From NCBI RefSeq assembly GCF_009914755.1, contig NC_060939.1: 64,000 nt of DNA, one strand, 5' to 3'. Source of the DNA: the human T2T-CHM13v2.0 reference genome, Homo sapiens. Below the pieces are notes generated by a model. The model was not told where the DNA came from, searched no databases, and saw only the letters and a program-made list of their open reading frames with translations. Of this stretch, positions 13,151 through 28,124 are shown one piece after another. Every line of letters begins with the position of its first letter. Position 1 is the stretch's first letter. The position numbers and the translations under genes were made by a program.

Positions 13151-14843
13151 GTTACACTGAGAAAAGTCCACCCTTTTCAATAAATGGTGTTGAAAAAATG
13201 TATTGCCATATGCAGAATAATGAAACTGGACCCCTAACTCTCAACATATACAAATGTTCAATTCAAAATGTATTAAAGCCTTAAATTTAAGATCTGAAAC
13301 TATGAAAATACTATAAAAAACCTAGGGAGATCTCTTCTGGACACTGGGCTAGGCAAAAAGATTATAACTAAGACCTCAAAAGCAAAAGCAACAAAAACAA
13401 AAACAGACTAACAGGACTTCATTAAACTAAATAGCTTCTGCACAGCAAAGGAAGTAATAAAGAGTGAAAAGACAACTTGCAGAATGGGAGAAAATATGTG
13501 CAAACTATGCATCCAAAAGGGGACTGATATCTAGAATTTACAAGGAACTCAAGCAGCTCAACAATAATTTAAAAACCCATTAAAAATAGATAAAAGACTT
13601 GAAGTGGCATTTTTCAAAATAAGACATACAAATGGCCAATAAGCATACAAAAACTGCTCAACATCATTAATCGGAGAAATGTAAACTAAAACCATAATAA
13701 GATATCATCTTACATCAATCAGAACGGTTTTTCTTCAACTTTTAAGTTCCAGAGCACATGCGCAGGATGTGCAGGTTTGTTACATAGGTAAACATGTGCC
13801 ACATTGGTTTGCTGCACAGATCAACCCATCACCTAGGTATCAAGCCCAGCATTCGTTACGTATTATTCCTGATGCTCTCCCTCCCAGCTACAACAGGCCC
13901 CAGTGTGTGTTGTTCCCTGCTATGTGTCCATATGTTCTCACTGTTCACCTCCCACTTGTAAGTGAGAAATGTGGTGCTTGGTTTTCTGTTCCTGCATTAG
14001 TTTGCTAAGGATAACAGCTTCCAGCCCCAACCACATCCCTGCAAAGGACATGATCTCATTACTTTTTATAGCTGCATAGTATTCCATGGTGTATATATAT
14101 ATCAGTTTCTTTATCTAGTCTATCACTGATGGGCTTTGGGTTGATTCCATGTCTTTGTTATTGTAAATGGTGCTGCAGTGAACACACACGTGCATGTGTC
14201 TTCATAAGAGAATGATTTATATTCCTTCGGGTATAATGCCCAGTGATGAGATTGCTGGGTCAAATGGTATTTCTGCCTCTAGGTCTTTGAGGGATCACCA
14301 CTCTGTCGTCCAGAAGAGTTGAACTAATTTACATTCTCACTCTGCAACCTCGCCAGCTCTGTTGTTTCTTGACTTTCTAATAATCGCAGAATAGCTATTA
14401 TTAAAAAGTCAAAAAGATCAGATGTTTGCTGGGACCAATCTAAAAGTCCATCAATGGATGAGTATCTGTTGTGCTATATATACACAATAGAACACTAGTA
14501 AGCCTTAAAAAAGAATGAAATCACAGAGTTTTTTACAGTAACATAGATGGAACTAGAGGCCATTATCTTATGTGAAATAACTCAGAAACAAAGTCAAATG
14601 CTACATATTCTCAATTACACATGGTAACTAAATAATATGTAGACATGGGCAATGAGTGTGGAATGATAGACATTAGAGACTTGGAAGAGGGGTAGGGAGC
14701 AAGGGATGAGAAATTACTTACTGGGTATAATGCACATTATTTGAGTGATGATCACACTAAAAGCCCAGACGTCACCGCTATGCAAGATATTCATGTAACA
14801 AAACTGCACTTGTACCCTTAAATTCATATAAATTTTTTTAAAA
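13151..14843 (+). mobile_element. L1PB-like (PB3/PB4) sense 3' segment, interrupted at 13728-14387
   Basis: ORF2 3' part and L1PB-type end AAAGCCCAGAC..CACC.CTATGCAA..CATGTAACAAAACTGCACTTGTACCC. Confidence 0.85.
13728..14387 (-). mobile_element. 5'-truncated older L1PA 3' end nested in the L1PB
   Basis: T-rich tail, then TTTTAAGTTCC..ACATG.GCAGGATGTGCAGGTTTGTTACATAGGTAAAC antisense 3'UTR. Confidence 0.9.
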
Positions 14844-15022
14844 GTTTCTTCATACACTAGAAAGCACATGTGTCACTCATTGACATCCTGTTTACCTAAC
14901 AAGTCCAGCAACTTACTTAGAAATATGACTTATTATTGCATGGACTCAAATGTACCTTTGTCAAATCACATTTCCCAAAACCTAACTATGTACAAGAAGG
15001 AGCTAATAGAAAGAGCTGAGTT

Positions 15023-15396
<374 letters not shown>

Positions 15397-16342
15397 TCAA
15401 ATCTTGCCATTTACTTGTTTGACTATTAAAGTTGGTAGGTATTCTAAAGCACTAATGGTGCAAATGGAGTAAGCTCTCACTGGGTAGTAATGAGAATTCT
15501 TTTTATAGAAGACGAAAAGTCATTTTAAGTAACTCAAGCACATAGGAGACCACAACCGTTCATGTCATCAAACCCTAAAAACCTAAGTAGTGTTGGCTTT
15601 AAGATCAGATGGATCCAAAGACTCACAATGTATTAGGGCTCTCCCTCTTTCCCCCTTTCTTCTTCTGCCCTTCTCCCCTGACGCCTCGCACCACCTCCTC
15701 AGCATCTGTGTGCTGGTCTCTTTCTCTCAGGCACAGAACACAGCTGCTGACCACTCTGAAGTCACATACTAGGACCTCACAGTCTAAAGAGTGAAATATT
15801 CCTCCCAATTCAGCATGATAAGCCCCACAAAGGACTCTAATTAGACAGGCATGAAGCATGAGTTCATGGCTTAAAAGAGGAGGGGGTTATAGGTTTAGTG
15901 TGATTGAAAGGACTTACCAGGGATGACAATTCCTCAAAGGAAAGCATCTTTCTGCTGCTACCAGAAGGATGGGGAGGAGAAGGAGGAAATCTGCTGGGCA
16001 GAGGAAAAATCCATCATAACAATTTATTCATCCGTGGCCTCACATCAGGAAAGTCAGGTGTGATTACCTGCACAGTTAACATGAATTTTCCCATGATCTT
16101 CCAAAACTGATACACATGCAAAATAAAAATTTAAAATAAAAAAAATTGGTGTCTGTTTGATGACATGAACTGTTGTGGTCCCCTTTGTGCTTAAGTTAAA
16201 GAAGTTTTTGTCCTCTGCAAAAAGAATTCTGATTAGTACCCAGTGCAAGCTTATTCCATTTGCACAACTAGTACTTTGGAAATATTATTCTTCCTGCTCT
16301 GAATGAGCCCATCAATCATTGCACACTTAAAATAGTTTTAAT

Positions 16343-16636
16343 GGCTGGGCATGCTGGCTCATGCCTGTAATTTCAGCTCTTTGGGAGGCCGAGGTGGGAG
16401 GACTTCAGGCAAGGAGTTCGAGACAAGCCTAGGCAACATAGCGAGACCCCATCTCTACAAAAAAAAAAAAGAAAAAAAATTTAGCCAGGCTTGGTGACCC
16501 ACACCTATAGTTCCGGGTACTCTGGAGGCTAAGGTGGTAGAACCATTTGAGCATGGGAGGTCAAGGCTGCAACAAGCCATGATCATGCCACTGCCCTCCA
16601 GCCGGAGCAACAGAGTGAAACTGTGTCTCAAAAAAT
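16343..16636 (+). mobile_element. AluJ
   Basis: Diverged dimer with J-type GGGAGGA..., GGCAACATAGCGAGACCCC, GGTCAAGGCTGCA..GCCATGATC. Confidence 0.9.
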
Positions 16637-17369
16637 ATGCATACATATTTTCTTAGTTCTTCCTCCGAGCCTAAATAGAATTTCTTTCTAGCACTGGACT
16701 TCTTAAATGGGTATCTTGTATTCAGACATCTTCATGAACAAATGCAAAGCTTTAGGCGTATTTTGAATCTAAGAAAAAGAAAAACTGTCCTGAATAGTTC
16801 GTCCATAACTTAGTAGATTTTCTCTGCTTTTTCTTAGATGATGTTAGAGAAGCCACAGTTTAACATTCCAAAAGTTTTGGGTTGGTTGTTTTCCTCTAGC
16901 GTTTTGAGTTCTAAGAGATTGTGCATCTTTCCACCCATTGTCTGGCAGAAATAGAGAAAGATGGACAGGTACAGAAAGCAGAGCTTCCTGAAATTTGCTA
17001 AATATCACACTTAACTTGAGAAAAGTTCTTCTTACAAGGAACATACAAACAGACTCACTTAGAGCACTACCTTCCTCAGCACTGGAATATGGCTCTCAAT
17101 AATTCTTGATCTCAAAGGCTATTTGCCTTCACCTAACAATTTCTGTAGTTATCTACTTAATGATCAGTTATTTTGAAAACATGCTTTTCATAACCCTAGT
17201 TCTTAACACATAAACAACTTTGCATATAATGTATTGAAAGGTCTTATAACCCCTTTTAACAAGGTATAGCTTAAAGAAATAGCAAAATAGTGAGCTGTAA
17301 TAATTATTTCTAACACCATGATTTTAGGGAATAAAATATACTAATATTCCTCATAAGAATGCAACTCTC

Positions 17370-17671
17370 AGTCACGCACGGTGGCTCATACCTGAAATCC
17401 CCAGCACTTTGGGAGGCCAAGGCGGGCGGATCACCTGAGGTCAGAAGTTTGAGACCAGCCTGACCAACACAGAGAAACCCCGTCTCCACTAAAAATACAA
17501 AATTAGCTGGGCGTGGTGGCACATGCTTGTAATTCCAGCTACTCGGGAGGATGAGCAGGAGAATGGCTTGAACCCGGGAGGCGGAGTTTGCAGTGAGCTG
17601 AGATCGCACCATTGCACTCTAGCCTGAGCAACAAAAGTAAAACTCTGTCCCCCAAAAAAGATAAAAGAAAA
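17370..17671 (+). mobile_element. AluS (Sp/Sq-like)
   Basis: CTGACCAACA..GAGAAACCCC and GCAACAA.AG..AAACTC; imperfect TSD AAGAATGCAACTCTC / AAAAATCCAACTCTC. Confidence 0.9.
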
Positions 17672-18225
17672 AAAAATCCAACTCTCTTCCACATGCAATT
17701 CCTATTTGCATCAGGAATAGTTCCTCTAAAGTGAATTTATATACCTCTAATTATTGGATGAAAGCTTAATCTTTTCTGCAAAAGCACTTCTAAGTTGATT
17801 CATGATTTTTTTGTCTACTAGGACTAGAATAAAGGCAGGGGAAATGAATTTTCTAGTATCTGTCACAGAAAGTATCTGTTTATAGAGAGTCCTATAAAAC
17901 TTCTATTTTAGCAGAACCCTTTGGGATATTAGTGCCCAGTCTCTAAAAACTACCACAAGAATTTGAAGAACTGGTGCTATTTTAAGTGAGAAGTAGGTAC
18001 CTTCTTAAACCTTTCCCTAAACGACTATACTTAACATATACATACTTGGAAATATAGGGTTTTTTAATGATTTAGCATTTTATTTGATTGTATATACTGT
18101 ATTTCAGCCCCAGAACAATTGCAGAAAAAAACGCCATTTTAAATGTGTAGAATTGGGCTTGCCAATGACAGCCCAAAGACACTTAATAGAAAAAGATAAA
18201 CTTGCTTCATAAGATGCAAAAATCA

Positions 18226-21200
18226 GGCGGGCTCTTGGGATCTCTGATTCCAGGACTTGATTCTTGGATGGCATTTCTGGACCTGCCCTGGGTCAGAGTG
18301 GAGCCCACTTCCCTGAAAGGTGGATCAGACCAGACAGCATTCACCACCAGCTGACTTAAGAGACTTTGAGCCTTAAGGGAACATAGCTGTTAGTCTGGAA
18401 ATACTCCTTGCGGCCCACAGTGGCAGTAGCTATAGGGCAAGGCTCCTGTGCCTTTGGAAAGAGGAGGGAAGAGGAGGAAAAACTGTGTCTTGTGGTTTGA
18501 GTTCCAGCTCAACTGCAATATCATAGATCACCGGGTAGACTTCTACAGTTTTTTACTCTAGTCCTTGACTCCCAGACAGCACTACTGGACCTACCTGAGA
18601 AAATGGGGACTTCATCACCCTGAAGGGAAGGACAAGGCCTGGCTGGCTTTGCCACCTGCTGATTGTAGAGCCCAGGGCCTTGAGAAAACACAGGCAATAG
18701 ACAGGGAGTGATTACAGCAGCCTTGGGTGAGACCCAGCACTACACTGGCTTCAGGTCTGACCCCAGTACAGTCATAGTGGTGGTGGCCACAGGGGTGCTT
18801 GTGTCACTCAGTCTCCAGCTCTAAGTGGCTCAGAACAAGAGAAAGACTGTAAGTTTGGGAGAAATAAGGGAAGAGAACAAGAGTCTGTGCCTGGTAACCC
18901 AGGGAATTCTCAAGGATCTGGTCCAAAGCATCAATGCAGTACCTCTATGAGTCTGCAAGAACCACCGTGTTACTGGGCCTAGGGTGCCCCTAAAGCACAA
19001 TCAGCTTATATCACAACACTCAAGTCCTTTCAAATATCTGAAAAACTTTTCCAAGAAGGACAGGTACAAATCAGTCCAGACAGTGATACCTAACTCCAAT
19101 GTCCAGACACTGAAGAACATCTACTAGCATTAACACCATCAAGAAAAACATGACCTCATCAAATGAACTAAATAAGGCAACAGGGAAACAATCCTGGAGA
19201 AATAGAGCTATGTAACCTTTCAGAAAGAGAATTTAAAGTAGCTGTGTTGAGGAAACTCAAAGAAATTCAAGATAAGACAGAGAAGAAATTCAGAATCTTA
19301 TCAGATAAATTTAACAGAGATTGAAATAATTGAAATGAATCAGGCAGAAATTCTAGAGCTGAAAAATACAACTGACATACTGAAGAATGCATCAGTCTAT
19401 TAATAGCAGAATTGATCAAGAGGAAAGAACTAGTGACCTTGAAGAGAAGCTATTTGAAAACACACAGAGGAGACAAAAGAGAAAAGAATAAAAAACAATG
19501 AAACACAACTATGAGATCTAGAAAATAGCCTTAAAAGGGCGAATTTAAGAGTTCTTTGCCTTGAAGAAGAGTTAGAGAAAGAGATAGGGGTAGAATGTTC
19601 ATTCCAAGTGAGAATAACAGAACTTCCTAAACCTAGAGAAAGATTTCAATATCCAAGTAAGAGAAGGTTATAGAACACCAAGCAGAATTAACCCAAAGAA
19701 GACTACCTCAAAGCATTTAATAATCAAACTCCCAAAGGTCAAGGATAAATAAAAGATCCTAAAAGCAGCAAGAGAAAAGCAACAAATACCATACAATGGA
19801 GCTGCAATATGTCTGGCAGCAAACTTTTCAGCTGAAAACTCACAGGCTAGAAGAGAGTGACATGATATATTCAAAGTGCTAAAGAAAAATAACTTTTGTG
19901 TTACAATAGTATATCCAGCAAAAATATCCTTCAAACATGAATGCAAAATAAAGACTTTCCAAGACAAACAAAAGCTGAGGGATTTCACTAATACCAGACC
20001 TGACCAACAAGAAATGCTAAAGGAAATACTTCAATCTCAAAAAAAGGAATGTTAATGAGTGAGAAATCATCTGAAGATACAAAACACACTGGTAATAGTA
20101 AGTACACAGAAAAACACAGATTATATCACCGTAGCTGTAGTGTGTAAACTACTCTTATTCTAAGTAGAAAGACTGAACAATAAGCCAATCAAAAATAACT
20201 ACAACAACTTTTCAAGACATAGTAAAATAAGATATAAATAGAAACAATAAAAAGTTAAAAAGCAGGGAGATGAAGTTAAGGCATAGAGTTTTTATTAGTT
20301 TTCTTTTCACTTGTTTATGCAAATAGTGTTAAATATTATCAGTTTAAAATAATGGGTTATAAGATAGTATTTGCAAGCCTCATAGTAACCTCAAACCAAA
20401 AAGCATAAAATGGATATACAAAAAATAAAAAGCAAGAAACTAAACATACCACTAGAGAAAAATATCTTCACTAGAGGAAGACAGGAACAACATAAAGAAG
20501 GAAGAGAAAACCAGAAAACAAATAACAAAATGGCAAGAGTAAGACCTTGCTTGTCAACAACAACATTGACTGTAAATGGACTAAACTCTCCCATCAAAAG
20601 ACATAGACTGGCTGAATGAAACAACAAGGCCCATTGATCTGTTGCCTATATGAAACACATTTCACCTATAAAGACACACATAGGCTGAAAATAAAGAGAC
20701 AGAAAAAGATATTCCATGCCAATGGAAACCAAGGAGCAGGAGTCACTATACTATATCAGACAAAATAGATTTCAAGACAAAAACTGTAAGAAGAGACAAA
20801 GAAGGGCACCATATAATGGCAAAGGGGTCAATAAAGCAAGATAATGTAACAATTTTAAATATGTATGTACCCAATAGAGAAGTACCCTGATATATAAAGG
20901 AAATATTATTCCATCTAAAGAAAGAGATAGGTCCCAATACAAGAATAGCTGGATATGTCAAAACCTCACTTTCAGCAGTGGACAGACCATCCAGACAGAA
21001 AATCAGCAAAGGAATGTCAGACTTAATCTGCATCATAGACAAAATGCATCTAACAGATATTTAGAGAACATTTCATCCAAGAGCTGTAGAATACACATTT
21101 CTTTCTCAGCACAAGGATTATTCTCAATGACAGAGCATATGTTATGTTACAGAACAAGTTTTAAAACATTCAAGAAATTGAAATAATATCAATATCAAGC

Positions 21201-24200
21201 ATCTTCTCTGATCACAATAGAATAAAACTAGAAATTAATGACAGGAGCAATTTGTAAACTATGCAAACACATGGATACTAAACAATATGCTCCTGAATGA
21301 CCAGTGGGTCAATGAATAAATTAAGGAGGAAAAGGAAAAATTGCTTGAAAATAATAATGGAAATGCAACATACCAAAACCTCTGGGATACAGAAAAAGCA
21401 GCACTAAGAGGGAAGTTTATAGCTATAACTGCTTACATCCAAAAAGGGGAAAAACTTCAAATGAATAATATAATAATGCATCTTAAAGAACTAGAAAAGC
21501 AAGAGCAAACAAAACCCAAATCATTACAAGAAATGTAGAGCACAGCAGAAATAAATGAAATTGAAATTTAAAAAATAGAAAAGATTAATAAGTTTGCTTT
21601 TTGAAAAGTTAAAAAAAATTCACAAACCTTTAGCCAGACTAAGAAAAAAAGAGAGAAGATCCAAATATATCAAGCCTGAGATGAAAAAGGACACATTATA
21701 ACTGATACTGCAGAAACTCAAAGGAATATTAGTGGCTGCTATAAGCAACTATACACCAATAAACTGGAAAACCTAGAAGAAATGGACAAATTCCTAGATA
21801 CATATAACCTACCAGGGTTGAACAGGAAGAAATCCAGGGCAGAACAGACCAATAACAGGTAACAAGATTGAAGCCATAATAAAAGCCTCCAAGTAAAAAA
21901 ACAAAAATAAAAACCTGGGACCCGATGGCTTCACTGCTGAATTCTACCAAACAGAGAACTAATACCAACACTATTCAAACTATTCTGAAAAATAGAGTAG
22001 GGAATACTTTCAAACTCATTCTACAAGGCCACTATCACTCTGATACAAAAACCAGACAAAAGCCCATCAAAAAAAGAAAACTAGAGGACAATATCGCTGA
22101 TAAATATTGATACAAAAATCCTCAACCAAATACTAGCAAACTGAATTTAACAATGCATTAGAAAGATCATTCATCATGACCAAGGGGGATTTATCTTAGC
22201 GATGTAAGAATTGTTCAATGTACACCAATCAATCAATGTGATTCATCAAATCAACAGAGTGAGGGAAAGAAACCATATGATCCTTGTCATTGACGCTGTA
22301 AAAGCATTTGATAAAATTTCACATCCCTTCATGATGAAAATCCTCAAAACAATGGATATAGAAGGAACATACTTCAACATAAAAAAAGCCATATACAACA
22401 GATCCACAGCTAGTATTATACTGAAGGGGAAAAACTGAAAGCCTTTCCTCTAAAATCTGGAACACAACAAGGATGCCAGCTATCATTACTGTTATTCAAC
22501 ATGTTACCAGAAGTCCTAGCTGGAGCAATCAGACAAGACAAAATTATAAAGGACATCCAAATTAGGAAGGTAGAAGTCAAATTATCCTTGTTTGCCGATG
22601 ATATCATCTTATATTTGGAAAAACCTAAAGACTCCACAAGAAAACTATTAAAGCTGATAAATGCATTCAGTAAAGTTGCAGGATACAGGAATCAACATAC
22701 AGAAATCAGGAGCATTTCCATATGTGAACAGTAAACAATGTGAAAAAGAAATTTTAAAAGTAATCCCATTTATAATAGCCACACATAAAATTAAATACCT
22801 AGTAATAAACTAAACCAAAAAATTGAAAGATCTTTATAATGAAAACTATAAAACGCTGATGAAATAAATGGACGAGGACACCAAAAAATGGAAAAATATT
22901 CGATGTTCATGCATTGGAAGAATCCGTATTGTTAAAATGTGCAAATTACCCAAAGCAATCTACAGAGTCAATGCCATTCCTATAAAATAACAATCACATT
23001 GTTCACAGAAATAGAAAAACATCCTAAACCTTATATGGAATCACAAAAGACCCAGAATAGCCAAACCTATCCTAAGCAAAAAGAACAGAACTGGAGGAAT
23101 CAAATTACCTGACAACCAATTTTACTACAGAGCCATATAGTAACCAAAACAGCATGGTGCTGGCATAAAAGCAAACACATAGACCAATGGAACATAATAG
23201 AGAACCTGGAAACAAATCCACACACCTACGGTGAACACATTTCTGACAAAGGTGCCAACAACATACACTGGGAAAAAAACAGATTTCAGTAAATAGGGCT
23301 GGGAAAACTGGATATTCATATGCAGAAGAATAAAACTTGACTTCTGATCTCTTGCCATATAAAAAAATCAAATAAAAAAATGGATTAAAGACAAATCTAA
23401 TACCACAAACCATGACACTACTACAACAAAACATTGGGGAAAATCTCCAGGACATTGGTATGGGCAAAAATTTATTCAGTAATACCCCACAAGCACAGGC
23501 AACCAAAGCAAAAATAGGCACATGGGATCATATCAAATTAAAAAGCTTCTCCATAGCAAAGAAAACAATCAACAAAGTGAAGAGACAACCTACAGGATGG
23601 GAGGAAATACTTGCAACTACCCATCTGATAAGGGACTAATAACCAGAATACATAAAGAGCTCAAATAACTCTATAGGAAAAAAAATCTAATAATTCAATC
23701 AATAGATAGGCAAAAGATTTGAATAGACATTTCTCAAAAGAAGACGTACCAATGGCAAACAAGCATATGAAAAGGTGCTCAACATCATTGATCATCAGAG
23801 AAACAGAAATCAAAAATACAATGAGGTATCATCTCACCCCACTCAAAATGGCTTATATCCAAAAGACAGGCAATAGGAAACACTGGCATGAATTTAGAGA
23901 AAAGGGGACATTTGTTGGTGGGAATGGAAATTAGTACAACCACTATGGAGAACAGTTTGGAGGTTCCTCAAAAAACTAAAAATTGAGTTACCATGTGATC
24001 CAGCAATCCCACTCCTAGGTAAATAGCCTAAAGAAAGGAAATCAATATATCAAGGAAATATCTGAACTCCTGTGTTTCTTGTAGCTCTGCTTATAATAGC
24101 ATAGATTTGGAAGTCACCTGTGTCCATCAACAGATGAATGGATAAAGAAAATGTGGTACAGATACACAATAGAGTACTATTCAGCTATAAAAAAGAATAA

Positions 24201-24688
24201 GATCCAGTCATTTGAAACAATATGGATGAACTGGATATCATTATGTTACATAAAATAAGCCAGTTGCAGAAAAACAAACATCACATGTTCTCACTTATTT
24301 GTGGGATCTAAAAATCCTGACAATTTAACTCATGGATTTAGAGAGTAGAAAGATGGTTCCAGAGGCTGAAAAGGGTGATGGGAGACTGGGACAGTAGCTG
24401 GGGGTGGTGGGGATGGTTAATGGTTACAAAAAAATAGAATGAACAAGACCTACTATTTGATAGCATAGCAGGGTGACTATAGTCACTAATAACTGTACAT
24501 TTTAAAATAAAGAGTGTAAGTGGATTGTTTGCAACTCAATAGATAATTGCTTAAGGGAATGGATACCCCATTTTTCATGATGTGCTTATTTCACACTGCA
24601 TGTGTATATCAAAGAATCTCATGTACTCCATAAAGACACCTACTGTGTAACCACAAAATTTAAAATAATTTTAAAAATTAAAAAATAA
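18226..24688 (+). mobile_element. Near-full-length old L1 (L1MA1-3-like 3' end), ORF1/ORF2 disrupted
   Basis: Partial 5'UTR, ORF1 remnant (~19.1-20.05 kb), long inter-ORF spacer, ORF2 remnant with LFADD RT motif (~22590), L1MA-type 3'UTR and A-rich tail. Confidence 0.92.
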
Positions 24689-26069
24689 TCAAATTTATGT
24701 TTTTATTTCCAATGTCACTAAAAAAACACATTTGAAGTATATTTAAGAAAAATGTTATAGTAATACCTGTTTTGTCCTTCTTGGTTTATTTATTATATCA
24801 AATAGATCTAGAATCATGATTTTCTAGGGGAGTAGGCATGGAACCATGATGGGGTAGGAAAGAAGAGGAGGAGAAAGAGAACAAAAGCTCTTGCTATATC
24901 TGGGGAGAGATGGTTTTGAGTTTGATGAATTTACAAAACATTCAGTAATTTCTTAGTGGATCATTTGGTAAGGTACTGAATTAACCAATTATAGCTGTAT
25001 TTAGACACAATGATCAGGTAAGTTTCCTAAACATAAAATTAATCTCATAATTTAAATAATATTTTAAAGAAATTGAGCCTAAAATTTTACATTTAAGAAG
25101 CACAAAAAAATTCCTATACCTGGAACATTTCAACTATAAGGTGTACTTTCCTGGAAAATTACCTTTGCTACAGTAGCTTGTCAAAACAGTGGCCTATAAA
25201 AAAGAGTCTAATAAAATGTAGAAAAACACATTATATCAAATCTGCCAAACAAGATTCTCATGAGTTTCTGCTGACTAACCACTCAATATTGCACAAGGTT
25301 TTATGCTTACCTCAGCATTTGCACTAAATAAATATAACACAAAAGTGACACCTATTATCAATACTTAAATGCATAGAGGAACAAGTTTAAAAAAAATCTC
25401 ATTTTCAAAAGCATCAGAATCAGAGAAGATGTGATAAATGTGTGGCCCAAATCTCATATCTTAAAACCAAAATCACAGAAACCCAGAAAATTGTGTTTCC
25501 ATGGCCCTGAGCCCTCTTAATTCCACTAGCTAATTTTGCTAGGTTTCTGAGTGTGAGTTCTTTATCTTTCCTGCCTTCCTGAAGGCTTAGCGCACCTCAA
25601 GTATGACAGTGATGATCTGAAGCCAGTCTGAATACCAGAGTGGCTGTCAGTAGGGATCTGCCCCAATCTGCAACAAAAGAACAGATAGGTGATAAGCCAA
25701 ATCTCCAGGGCTTGTCCGGAGAGTAGCCAGTTGTAGGCATCCCCAAGCAGAGTAACCCTTGGTCCACAATCTCTCCTTCCCTAGATTCCCTGCCTAATCA
25801 GTTGGCTTCTGCCAACGTCCATGGAGGACGTTAGGAAATCGGTGGGCCTTCCAGTCAAATGCCCTATACATACATGCCAAGGATTAAAGGACATCAAACT
25901 TGTAAAGGCCCTCTCTGCCTTCTAGCTCAAAGTTTCCCCAGCACTGTGATCTCATATTCTTACAGCCAGGACATCAAAATGTCAGTATTTGTAAAAGTAA
26001 GCTTTTTCATATCACGCTGCTGGGATTGTAATGTGGTCCGACCTTTCAAGAGGATGCAAGATATGCAAG

Positions 26070-26510
26070 CACTTTGACATAGTAATTCCACATTAAGAAA
26101 TTTATTCTTAGGCCGTTATCAGGGATTTGATCGGAGCCCTATGTAAAGGGCATGATTTGGACTATGATTTAGTAAATCAAAGACTTACAAGTGATTCTAA
26201 TAAAACTAGAGAAATGGTCAAATAAATTGTACTAGGTCAACAAAATTAAATATTATTAAGCATGAAAAATACACTTCTGAACAATATTTAACATCATGAG
26301 TGTTCATAATTCAACTGGAAAAAAATCATCATATAAAATTCAACATATAGAACTGTGCTTTAAGAAACATTTATAAAATGCATGCGCATAAGCTAAAGAC
26401 TAGAAGAACATACAAATTTTAACATTGTCTACCTCTTCATGATGGAATTCAGTGATTTTTGTCTTTGTGCTTTTTCAGCATTTTCCAAAATATTTTAAAT
26501 AAACATGAGG
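26070..26510 (+). mobile_element. Very old L1ME-like 3' fragment
   Basis: TTTGACATAGTAATTCCAC..AAATTTAT and GAAATGGTCAAATAAATTGT motifs, strongly diverged. Confidence 0.5.
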
Positions 26511-27472
26511 AATAACTAACATATATTTTCTTTCAAAATGTATTGAACAAAAACAGAAGTTATTTTAAAATCAAGAAAAAAATGACCATCGGAAAATAAA
26601 TCACAGTCCAAAATTTCATGCTTTCTCCATAAGTTTTAGATACTGAGAGGCTGTAGTGGAGTGTCTACCTGAATTTGAAGGGAAAATCCAGAAGCTGGGC
26701 AGAAAAGGAGGGTGATTCTTCTAACCTCATCAAATCAAGATGTCATAGACTCTGTGATGCTGTTTCTATCACCACCACCTCCCACTTAAGTTCCCTGAGA
26801 GCCTCTATGTATCATCTCTCCAATCTCAGCACCCAGAACTTCACAGCATCTATGAATTCTAGAAGAGACTGCTGCTAAAATTACAGTATCAATCACTGCT
26901 CTGAGATTACTTTTTCAAGGATAATGTAAGATTGTAAACAGCAACAGAACTTCAATAGCAATACACAGACCCGCCACTTACATAGTTAAAAGTGTAGAGA
27001 AGATAATTGTTTACCTATCACAGGATATCTTTGGAACCAGGAATGCATTGAATGCATTGAAATAAAAATCATTTGCCATTGAATACTAGATTACAGCTGT
27101 CCAATTAGATTTCTGTGCTGTTGGCCCAACTCCAGAGCCAGAAAAGACCTCAGGAAGCTGAAAACTCCTTAGAGGTACAAGTCTGTATTCGACCAGGAAG
27201 TCTGTACTAAGTGATAAAGACTTGTGGCATGTCCATGTAATCACAGTCTAGGGAAGCCCCTTTGGAGGCTCTTGAAAATAGTACTCTCTGAGCTCATGTC
27301 CCTTAATCCCCAGCCCCCAGCACAGTTCCAGGAATTCTAGGTATAAAATTTAATCAAAGATATATGATGACCTAATGAACCCAGGAACCTTCTGGATCTT
27401 CAGAAATCACAGAATATACAACTCTTCCCTTCCTCCACCCACACCAGGCTTCCTTGTACTTCCAAACAACTA

Positions 27473-27791
<319 letters not shown>

Positions 27792-28124
27792 TTAATCCAA
27801 ACTTTGGGCATGGCTTCAGTGGTCCTAGATACTCTAGGGACAACCAAAGCAGTATTCTACTATATCCCTGGTACTAAGCTACATGCTAAAGGGCACACAC
27901 ATTTCTCTGACCACAAAATCAAAGAATTAGACATATCATCTGGGAACAATCACAAATCAAGACCAATCCTAGACAAAATTTCACAAAGGTGAAGTTTCTT
28001 TGGGTCCTGTACATTTTTCTCTTAGTTCCTTGCCTTCAATTTTGTACCTTCTCTACCTTCCACCAACAGAGACAAGCTGGACTAAGTACTCCCTCAGGAA
28101 ATTCTTCTCAACAACTCCCCCTTG

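Noticed and set aside
24373-24412. G-quadruplex-like GGG runs (also near 10728 and 53592)
   Set aside because: The normal G-rich tract of the L1 3'UTR
27040-27062. GAATGCATT-GAATGCATT-GAA tandem palindromic 9-mer
   Set aside because: Two copies only; common by chance in 64 kb
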